Shown here: in pieces, positions 53,601 through 64,000 of the stretch
Layout of the letters: each line of letters begins with the position of its first letter
Position numbering within the stretch: the first letter of the stretch is position 1
Assembly: GCF_036971445.1 (NCBI RefSeq)
Contig: NC_091476.1
Location: 81,840,001-81,904,000, forward strand
Direction: 5' to 3'
DNA: 64,000 nt
From: Narcine bancroftii
Taxonomy: Eukaryota
Translations under genes and position numbers: made by a program
Notes under the pieces: model-generated
Told to the model about the DNA's origin: nothing
What the model saw: only the letters and a program-made list of their open reading frames with translations
The model's database searches: none

Positions 53601-56600
53601 CCGTGTGACGGAAGGGGCTTCGTTCCGTGTGACGGGACGGGGCTTCGATCCGTGTGACGGGACGGGGCTTCGCTCCGTGTGACGGGACGGGGCTTCGCTC
53701 CGTGTGACATGACAGGGCTTCGTTCCGTGTGACGGGACAGGGTGAGACTTTGCTCTGTGTGACGGGTGAGGGCTCTATTCTGTGTCCCTGCCTCGGGAGA
53801 GTGTGACGGGACGGTGCTTCGCTCTGTGTGACTGGACAGGGCTTCACTCTGTCTCCCCGTCCCTGGAGTGTTTGACGGGACGGGGCGACCCTTTGTGTGA
53901 CGGGACGTGGCGACGCTACTTGTCTCCGCCCCAGCATTGTGTGACGGGATGGCGCTTCACTCTCCGTCCCTGCCCCGGGAGTGTGACGGGACGGGGCTCC
54001 AGTCCGTGTAAAGGGTCGGGGCTTCGCTCCGTGTGACGGGAGTGGACGAGGCTTTGCTCTGTGTGACGGAAAGGGGATTTACTCTGTGTCCCTGCCCCGG
54101 GAGTGTGTGAAGGGTTGGGGCTTTGTTCTGTGTGACGGGATGGGTCTTCACTCTGTGTGAAGGGACGGGGCTTCTCTCTGTGTGACGAGACGGGGCTTCG
54201 CTCCTCGTGACGGGACGGGGCTTCGCTCCTCGTGATGGGACCGGGCTTCGTTCCTCGTGACGGGACGGGGCTTCGCTCCTCGTGACGGGACGGGGCTTCG
54301 CTCCGTGTGACGCGACGGGGCTTCGCTCCGCGTGACGGATCGGGGCTTTGCTCTGTGTCCCTGCCCCGGGAATGTGTGAAGGGTTTGGGCTTTGCTCTGT
54401 GTCTACACCCCAGGTATGTGTGAACGGACGGGCCTTTGCTCTGTCTGACGGGACGGCTTTGCTCTGTGTGACGGGACGGGGCTTTGCTCCTCTTGACGGG
54501 ACGGGGCTTCGCTCCTTGTGACCGTACGGGGCTTCGCTCCTCGTGACGGGACGGGGCTTCGCTCCTCGTGACGGGACGGGGCTTCGCTCCTCGTGACGGG
54601 ACGGGGCTTTGCTCCTTGTGACGGGACGGGGCTTCGCTCCTTGTCCCTGCCATGGGAGTGTGTGACGGGAAGGGCTTCGCTCTGTATGACGGTATGGGGC
54701 TTCACTCTGTCTCCCCGCCCCAGAAGTGTGTGAAGGGTTGGGGCTTTGCTCTGAGTCCCTGCCCCAGGTGTGTGTGATGGGACGGGACGGGGCATCGCTC
54801 CGTGTGACGGAAGGGGCTTCGTTCCGTGTGACGGGACGGGGCTTCGCTCCGTGTGACGGGACGGGGCTTCGCTCCGTGTGACGGGACAGGGTGAGACTTT
54901 GCTCTGTGTGACGGGTGAGGGCTCTATTCTGTGTCCCTGCCTCGGGAGAGTGTGACGGGACGGTGCTTCGCTCTGTGTGACTGGACAGGGCTTCACTCTG
55001 TCTCCCCGTCCCTGGAGTGTTTTACGGGACGGGGCGACCCTTTGTGTGACGGGACGTGGCGACGCTACTTGTCTCCGCCCCAGCATTGTGTGACGGGATG
55101 GCGCTTCACTCTCTGTCCCTGCCCCGGGAGTGTGACGGGACGGGGCTCCAGTCCGTGTAAAGGGTCGGGGCTTCGCTCCATGTGACGGGAGTGGACGAGG
55201 CTTTGCTCTGTGTGACGGAAAGGGTATTTACTCTGTGTCCCTGCCCCGGGAGTGTGTGAAGGGTTGGGGCTTTGTTCTGTGTGACGGGACAGGGCTTTGC
55301 TCTGTGTGACGGGACGGGGCTTTGCTCTGTGTGACGGGATGGGTCTTCACTCTGTGTGACGGGACGGGGCTTCGCTCCAAGTGACGGGACGGGACTTCGC
55401 TCCTCGTGACGGGACGGGGCTTCGCTCCTCGTGACGGGACGGGGCTTCGCTCCTCGTGACGAGACGGGGCTTCGCTCCACGTGACGGGACGGGGCTTCGC
55501 TCCTCGTGACGGGACGGGGCTTTGCTCCTCTTGACGGGACGGGGCTTCGCTCCTCGTGACCGTACGGGGCTTCGCTCCTCGTGACGGGACGGGGCTTCGC
55601 TCCTCGTGACGGGACGGGGCTTCGCTCCTCGTGACGGGACGGGGCTTCGCTCCTTGTGACGGGACGGGGCTTCGCTCCTTGTCCCTGCCATGGGAGTGTG
55701 TGACGGGAAGGGCTTCGCTCTGTATGACGGTATGGGGCTTCACTCTGTCTCCCCGCCCCAGAAGTGTGTGAAAGGTTGGGGCTTTGCTCTGAGTCCCTGC
55801 CCCAGGTGTGTGTGATGGGACGGGACGGGGCATCGCTCCGTGTGACGGAAGGGGCTTCGTTCCGTGTGACGGGACGGGGCTTCGATCCGTGTGACGGGAC
55901 GGGGCTTCGCTCCGTGTGACGGGACGGGGCTTCGCTCCGTGTGACATGACAGGGCTTCGTTCCGTGTGACGGGACAGGGTGAGACTTTGCTCTGTGTGAC
56001 GGGTGAGGGCTCTATTCTGTGTCCCTGCCTCGGGAGAGTGTGACGGGACGGTGCTTCGCTCTGTGTGACTGGACAGGGCTTCACTCTGTCTCCCCGTCCC
56101 TGGAGTGTTTGACGGGACGGGGCGACCCTTTGTGTGACGGGACGTGGCGACGCTACTTGTCTCCGCCCCAGCATTGTGTGACGGGATGGCGCTTCACTCT
56201 CCGTCCCTGCCCCGGGAGTGTGACGGGACGGGGCTCCAGTCCGTGTAAAGGGTCGGGGCTTCGCTCCGTGTGACGGGAGTGGACGAGGCTTTGCTCTGTG
56301 TGACGGAAAGGGGATTTACTCTGTGTCCCTGCCCCGGGAGTGTGTGAAGGGTTGGGGCTTTGTTCTGTGTGACGGGATGGGTCTTCACTCTGTGTGAAGG
56401 GACGGGGCTTCTCTCTGTGTGACGAGACGGGGCTTCGCTCCTCGTGACGGGACGGGGCTTCGCTCCTCGTGATGGGACCGGGCTTCGTTCCTCGTGACGG
56501 GACGGGGCTTCGCTCCTCGTGACGGGACGGGGCTTCGCTCCGTGTGACGCGACGGGGCTTCGCTCCGCGTGACGGATCGGGGCTTTGCTCTGTGTCCCTG

Positions 56601-59600
56601 CCCCGGGAATGTGTGAAGGGTTTGGGCTTTGCTCTGTGTCTACACCCCAGGTATGTGTGAACGGACGGGCCTTTGCTCTGTCTGACGGGACGGCTTTGCT
56701 CTGTGTGACGGGACGGGGCTTTGCTCTGCGTGACGGCACGGGGCTTTGCTCTGTGTGACGGGAAGGGGATTTGCTCTGTGTGACAGGACGGGGTTTGCTC
56801 TGTGTGACGGGATGGGTCTTCACTCTGTGTGACGGGAAGGGGCTTCTCTCTGTGTGAAGGGACGAGGCTTCGCTCTATGTGATGGGACAGGACTTTGCTC
56901 CATGTGACGGGATGGGGCTTCGCAGCGTGTGACGGGACTGTGCTTCGCTCCGTGTGACGGGATGTGGCTTCGATCCGTATGACGGGACGGGGATTCGCTC
57001 TGCGTGACGGGACGCGGCTTCACTCTGTTTCACCGCCCCTGGAGTTTTTGGCGGGACTGGGCGACGCTTTGTGTGATGGGACGGTGCGATGCTATGTGCC
57101 ACCGCCCCAGCATTGTGCGACGGGATGGTGCTTCACTCTCTTCCCTTCCCCGGGAGTGTGACGGGACGGGGCTTCGCTCCGTGTGACGTATAGGGGCTTC
57201 GCTCCGTGTGACGGGAGAGGACGAGGATTTGCTCTGCGTAACGGGACAGGGCCTCGCTCTTTGTGACGGGACCGGGGTTTACTCTGTGTCCCGGCCCCGG
57301 GAGTGTGTGAAGGGTTGGAGCTTTGCTCTGTGTCCCCACCCCAGGTTTCTGTGACGGAATGGGGCTTTGCTCTGTGTGACGGGACGGGGCTTTGCTCTGT
57401 GTGACGGGACGGGGCTTTGCTCTGTGTGACGGGACCGGGCTTCTCTCTGTGTGACGAGACGGGTCTTCGCTCCACGTGACGGGACGGGACTTCGCACCTT
57501 GTGACGGGACGTGGCTTCGCTCCTCGTGACGGGACGGGGCTTCGCTCCGTGACGGGACGGGGCTTCGCTCCTCGTGACGGGACGAGGCTTCGCTCCACGT
57601 GACGGGACGGGGCTTCGATCCTCGTGACGGGACGGGGCTTCGCTCCACTTGACGGTACGGGGCTTCGCTCCTCGTGACCGTACGGGGCTTCGCTCCTCGT
57701 GACTGGACGGGGCTTCGCTCCTCGTGACGGGACGGGGCTTCGCTCCTTGTGACGGGACGAGGCTTCGCTCCTTGTGACGGGACGGGGCTTCGCTCCTTGT
57801 CCCTGCCATGGGAGTGTGTGACGGGAAGGGGCTTCGCTCTGTATGACGGTATGGGGCTTCACTCTGTCTCCCCGCCCCAGGAGTGTGTGAAGGGTTGGGG
57901 CTTTGCTCTGAGTCCCTGCCCCAGGTGTGTGTGATGGGACGGGACGGGGCATCGCTCCGTGTGACGGAAGGGGCTTTGTTCCGTGTGACGGGACGGGGCT
58001 TCGCTCCGTGTGACGGGACGGGGCTTCGCTCCGTGTGACGGGACGGGGCTTCGCTCCATGTGACATGACGGGGCTTTGTGTGATGGGACGGGGCGATGCT
58101 ACGTGCCTCCGCCCCAGCATTGTGCGACGGGATGGTGCTTCACTCTCTTCCCTGCCCCGGGAGTGTGACGGGACGGGGCTTCGCTCCGTGTGACGTATAG
58201 GGGCTTCGCTCCGTGTGAAGGGACGATGTCTTCTCTCGTTGTGACGGGACGGGGAATCTCTCCTCGTGACGGGACGGGGCTTCTCTCCTTGTGACGGGAC
58301 GGGGCTTCGCTCCGTGTGACGGGACGGCGCTTTCCTCTGTGTGACGGGACGGGGCTTTGCTCTGTGTGACGGGATGGGTCTTCACTCTGTGTGACGGGAC
58401 GGGGCTTCTCTCCGTGTGACGAGACGGGGCTTCGCTCCACGTGACGGGACGGGACTTCGCTCCTCGTGACGGGACGGGGCTTCGGTCCTCGTGATGGGAC
58501 GGGGCTTCGCTCCTCGTAACGGGACGGGGCTTCGCTCCTCGTGACGGGACGGGGCTTCGCTCCACGTGACGGGACGGGGCTTCGCTCCACGTGACGGGAC
58601 GGGGCTTCGCTCATCGTGACGTGACGGGGCTTCGCTCCTCTTGACGGGACGGGGCTTCGCTCCTCGTGACGGTACGGGGCTTCGCTCCTCGTGACGGGAC
58701 GGGGCTTCGCTCCTCGTGACGGGACGGCGCTTCGCTCCTCGTTAAGGGACGTGGCTTCGCTCCTCGTGACAGGACGGGGCTTCGCTCCTTGTGACTGGAC
58801 GGGGCTTCGCTCCTTGTCCCTGCCATGGGAGTGTGTGACGGGAAGGGGCTTCGCTCTGTATGACGGTATGGGGCTTCACTCTGTCTCCCCGCCCCAGGAG
58901 TGTGTGAAGGGTTGGGGCTTTGCTCTGAGTCCCTGCCCCAGGTGTGTGTGATGGGACGGGACGGTGCATCGCTCCGTGTGACGGAAGGGGCTTCATTCCG
59001 TGTGACGGGACGGGGCTTCGCTCCGTGTGATGGGACGGAGCTTCGCTCCGTGTGACGGGACGGGGCTTTGCTGCGTGTGACAGGACGGGGCTTCGGTCCG
59101 TGTCACGGGACGGGGGTACGCTCCGTGTGACGGGATGGGGCTTCGCTCCATGTGATGGGACGAGGCTTCGCTCCTTGTGACGGGACGGGGCTTTCCTCTG
59201 TGTGACGGGACGGGGCTTTGCTCCATGTGACGGGACGGGGCTGCGCTCCGTGTGATGGGACGGGGCTGCGCTCCGTGTGACGGGACGGGGCTGCGCTCCG
59301 TGTGAAGGGACGATGTCTTCTCTCGTTGTGACGGGACGGGGAATCTCTCCTCGTGACGGGACGGGGCTTCTCTCCTTGTGACGGGACGGGGCTTCGCTCC
59401 GTGTGACGGGACGGCGCTTTCCTCTGTGTGACGGGACGCTGCTTTGCTCCGTGTGACAGGACGGTGCTGCGCTCCGTGTGACGGGACGGTGCTGCGCTCC
59501 GTGTGACGGGACGGGGCTGCTCTCCATGTGACGGGACGATGGCTTCTCTCCTTGTGACGGGACGGGGCATCTCTCCTCGTGACGGGACGGGGCTTCTCTC

Positions 59601-62600
59601 CTTGTGACGGGACGGGGCTTCGCTCCTTGTGACGGGACGGGGCTTCGCTCCGTGTGACGGGACAGGGTGAGACTTTGCTCTGTGTGACGGGTGAGGGCTC
59701 TATTCTGTGTCCCTGCCTCGGGAGAGTGTGACGGGACGGTGCTTCGCTCTGTGTGACTGGACAGGGCTTCACTCTGTCTCCCCGTCCCTGGAGTGTTTGA
59801 CGGGACGCGGCGACCCTTTGTGTGACGGGACGTGGCGACGCTACTTGTCTCCGCCCCAGCATTGTGTGACGGGATGGCGCTTCACTCTCTGTCCCTGCCC
59901 CGGGAGTGTGACGGGACGGGGCTCCAGTCCGTGTAAAGGGTCGGGGCTTCGCTCCGTGTGACGGGAGTGGACGAGGCTTTGCTCTGTGTGACGGAAAGGG
60001 GATTTACTCTGTGTGAAGGGACGGGGCTTCTCTCTGTGTGACGAGACGGGGCTTCGCTCCTCGTGACGGGACGGGGCTTCGCTCCTTGTGACGGGACGGG
60101 GCTTCGCTCCTTGTCCCTGCCATGGGAGTGTGTGACGGGAAGGGCTTCGCTCTGTATGACGGTATGGGGCTTCACTCTGTCTCCCCGCCCCAGAAGTGTG
60201 TGAAGGGTTGGGGCTTTGCTCTGAGTCCCTGCCCCAGGTGTGTGTGATGGGACGGGACGGGGCATCGCTCCGTGTGACGGAAGGGGCTTCGTTCCGTGTG
60301 ACGGGACGGGGCTTCGCTCCGTGTGACGGGACGGGGCTTCGCTCCGTGTGACGGAACGGGGCTTCGCTCCGTGTGACGGGACGGGGCTTCGCTCCGTGTG
60401 ACGGGACGGGGCTTCACTCCGTGTGACTGGACGGGGCTTCCTCTGTGTGACGTGACGGGGCTTTGCTCCACGTGACGGGACGGGGCTGCGCTCCGTGTGA
60501 CGGGACGGGGCTGCGCTCTGTGTGACGGGACGGGGCTGCGCTCCGTGTGACGGGACGATGTCTTCTCCCGTTGTGATGGGACGGGGAATCTCTCCTCGTG
60601 ACGGGACGGGGCTTCTCTCCTCGTGACGGGACGGCGCTTCGCTCCTTGTGACGGGACGGGGTTTCGCTCCGTCTGACGGGACAGGGTGAGACTTTGCTCT
60701 GTGTGACGGGTCAGGGCTTTATACTGTGTCCCTGCCTCGGGTGAGTGTGACGGGACGGTGCTTCGCTCTGTGTGACTGGACAGTGCTTCACTCTGTCTCC
60801 CCGCCCCTGGAGTGTTTGACGGGACGGGGCGACGTTTTTTGTGACGGGACATGGCGACGCTTCGTGTCTCAGCCCCAGCATTGTGTGACGGGATGGCGAT
60901 TCACTGTCTGTCCCTGCCCCGGGAGTGTGACGGGACGGGGCTCCAGTCCGTGTAAAGGGTCGGGGCTTCGCTCCGTGTGACGGGAGTGGACCATGCTTCG
61001 CTCCGTGTGACGGGACGGGGCTTCGCTCCGCTTGACGGATCGGGGCTTTGCTTTGTGTCCCGGCCCCGGGAGTGTGTGAAGGGTTGGAGCTTTGCACTGT
61101 GTCCCCACCCCAGGTTTGTGTGACGGGATGGGGCTTTGCTCTGTGTGACGGGACGGGGCTTCGCTCCGTGTGACGGGACGGGGCTTCGCTCCGTGTGACA
61201 GGACGGTTCTTCGGTCCGTGTCACGGGATGGTGTTCGCTCCGTGTGACGGGATGGGGCTTCGCTCCGTGTGACGGGACGGCGCTTTCCTCTGTGTGACGG
61301 GACGGGGCTTTGCTCCGTGTGACGGGACGGTGCTGCGCTCCGTGTGACGGGACGGTGCTGCGCTCCGTGTGACGGGACGGGGCTTCGCTCCTCGTGACGG
61401 GACGGGGCTTCGCTCCTCGTGACGGGACGGGGCTTCGCTCCTTGTGACGGGACGGGGCTTCGCTCCTTGTCCCTGCCATGGGAGTGTGTGACGGGAAGGG
61501 CTTCGCTCTGTATGACGGTATGGGGCTTCACTCTGTCTCCCCGCCCCAGAAGTGTGTGAAAGGTTGGGGCTTTGCTCTGAGTCCCTGCCCCAGGTGTGTG
61601 TGATGGGACGGGACGGGGCATCGCTCCGTGTGACGGAAGGGGCTTCGTTCCGTGTGACGGGACGGGGCTTCGATCCGTGTGACGGGACGGGGCTTCGCTC
61701 CGTGTGACGGGACGGGGCTTCGCTCCGTGTGACATGACAGGGCTTCGTTCCGTGTGACGGGACAGGGTGAGACTTTGCTCTGTGTGACGGGTGAGGGCTC
61801 TATTCTGTGTCCCTGCCTCGGGAGAGTGTGACGGGACGGTGCTTCGCTCTGTGTGACTGGACAGGGCTTCACTCTGTCTCCCCGTCCCTGGAGTGTTTGA
61901 CGGGACGGGGCGACCCTTTGTGTGACGGGACGTGGCGACGCTACTTGTCTCCGCCCCAGCATTGTGTGACGGGATGGCGCTTCACTCTCCGTCCCTGCCC
62001 CGGGAGTGTGACGGGACGGGGCTCCAGTCCGTGTAAAGGGTCGGGGCTTCGCTCCGTGTGACGGGAGTGGACGAGGCTTTGCTCTGTGTGACGGAAAGGG
62101 GATTTACTCTGTGTCCCTGCCCCGGGAGTGTGTGAAGGGTTGGGGCTTTGTTCTGTGTGACGGGATGGGTCTTCACTCTGTGTGAAGGGACGGGGCTTCT
62201 CTCTGTGTGACGAGACGGGGCTTCGCTCCTCGTGACGGGACGGGGCTTCGCTCCTCGTGATGGGACCGGGCTTCGTTCCTCGTGACGGGACGGGGCTTCG
62301 CTCCTCGTGACGGGACGGGGCTTCGCTCCGTGTGACGCGACGGGGCTTCGCTCCGCGTGACGGATCGGGGCTTTGCTCTGTGTCCCTGCCCCGGGAATGT
62401 GTGAAGGGTTTGGGCTTTGCTCTGTGTCTACACCCCAGGTATGTGTGAACGGACGGGCCTTTGCTCTGTCTGACGGGACGGCTTTGCTCTGTGTGACGGG
62501 ACGGGGCTTTGCTCTGCGTGACGGCACGGGGCTTCGCTCCTCGTGATGGGACCGGGCTTCGTTCCTCGTGACGGGACGGGGCTTCGCTCCTCGTGACGGG

Positions 62601-64000
62601 ACGGGGCTTCGCTCCGTGTGACGGGACGGGGCTGCGCTCCGTGTGAAGGGACGATGTCTTCTCTCGTTGTGACGGGACGGGGAATCTCTCCTCGTGACGG
62701 GACGGGGCTTCTCTCCTTGTGACGGGACGGGGCTTCGCTCCGTGTGACGGGACGGCGCTTTCCTCTGTGTGACGGGACGCTGCTTTGCTCCGTGTGACAG
62801 GACGGTGCTGCGCTCCGTGTGACGGGACGGTGCTGCGCTCCGTGTGACGGGACGGGGCTGCTCTCCATGTGACGGGACGATGGCTTCTCTCCTTGTGACG
62901 GGACGGGGCATCTCTCCTCGTGACGGGACGGGGCTTCTCTCCTTGTGACGGGACGGGGCTTCGCTCCTTGTGACGGGACGGGGCTTCGCTCCGTGTGACG
63001 GGACAGGGTGAGACTTTGCTCTGTGTGACGGGTGAGGGCTCTATTCTGTGTCCCTGCCTCGGGAGAGTGTGACGGGACGGTGCTTCGCTCTGTGTGACTG
63101 GACAGGGCTTCACTCTGTCTCCCCGTCCCTGGAGTGTTTGACGGGACGCGGCGACCCTTTGTGTGACGGGACGTGGCGACGCTACTTGTCTCCGCCCCAG
63201 CATTGTGTGACGGGATGGCGCTTCACTCTCTGTCCCTGCCCCGGGAGTGTGACGGGACGGGGCTCCAGTCCGTGTAAAGGGTCGGGGCTTCGCTCCGTGT
63301 GACGGGAGTGGACGAGGCTTTGCTCTGTGTGACGGAAAGGGGATTTACTCTGTGTGAAGGGACGGGGCTTCTCTCTGTGTGACGAGACGGGGCTTCGCTC
63401 CTCGTGACGGGACGGGGCTTCGCTCCTTGTGACGGGACGGGGCTTCGCTCCTTGTCCCTGCCATGGGAGTGTGTGACGGGAAGGGCTTCGCTCTGTATGA
63501 CGGTATGGGGCTTCACTCTGTCTCCCCGCCCCAGAAGTGTGTGAAGGGTTGGGGCTTTGCTCTGAGTCCCTGCCCCAGGTGTGTGTGATGGGACGGGACG
63601 GGGCATCGCTCCGTGTGACGGAAGGGGCTTCGTTCCGTGTGACGGGACGGGGCTTCGCTCCGTGTGACGGGACGGGGCTTCGCTCCGTGTGACGGAACGG
63701 GGCTTCGCTCCGTGTGACGGGACGGGGCTTCGCTCCGTGTGACGGGACGGGGCTTCACTCCGTGTGACTGGACGGGGCTTCCTCTGTGTGACGTGACGGG
63801 GCTTTGCTCCACGTGACGGGACGGGGCTGCGCTCCGTGTGACGGGACGGGGCTGCGCTCTGTGTGACGGGACGGGGCTGCGCTCCGTGTGACGGGACGAT
63901 GTCTTCTCCCGTTGTGATGGGACGGGGAATCTCTCCTCGTGACGGGACGGGGCTTCTCTCCTCGTGACGGGACGGCGCTTCGCTCCTTGTGACGGGACGG
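23698..64000. repeat. CpG-rich 25-bp satellite GTGACGGGACGGGGCTTCGCTCCGT with interspersed longer modules and kb-scale higher-order duplications; runs off the window end
   Basis: Monomer and variants (..CTCCTCGT, ..CTCCTTGT, ..GCTCTGT) throughout. Repeated ORF strings mark duplicated blocks at offsets 2190, 2237, 3341, 4455, 5408, 5788 and 19436 bp. Confidence 0.98.

Noticed and set aside
25167-63812. Many minus-strand Arg/Ser/Pro-rich ORFs resembling SRRM2 or mucins (RSPVPS, EAPSRH)
   Set aside because: Translations of the 25-bp satellite, whose length is not a multiple of 3. The same peptides occur in all three frames with scattered stops.
23698-64000. CRISPR-like repeat/spacer appearance
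   Set aside because: The intervening sequences are monomer variants and recurring modules, not unique spacers. No cas genes, and the context is vertebrate.

Overview
Vertebrate genomic DNA, most likely a GC-rich, repeat-dense chromosome of a cartilaginous fish (inferred from the CR1-type LINE fragments and satellite style; not verified). About 90% is tandem repeat: a ~60-bp TATA-containing satellite (1-8620), a ~38-bp C-rich satellite (15671-23540) and a 40-kb CpG-rich 25-bp satellite with mosaic higher-order blocks (23698-64000). Nearly all ORFs in the supplied track are artefacts of these repeats. A ~6-kb island (9.5-15.7 kb) holds the only recognisable gene, a compact intact 4-exon CDK2AP2. 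It also holds a second CpG-island promoter built from ~100-bp tandem units carrying paired CCAAT boxes, an orphan first-exon-like segment, CR1 remnants, several minisatellites and two decayed EGF-module exons. I found no convincing new multi-gene system. The best leads are the EGF pseudo-exons with their orphan promoter, and the architecture of the 25-bp satellite.
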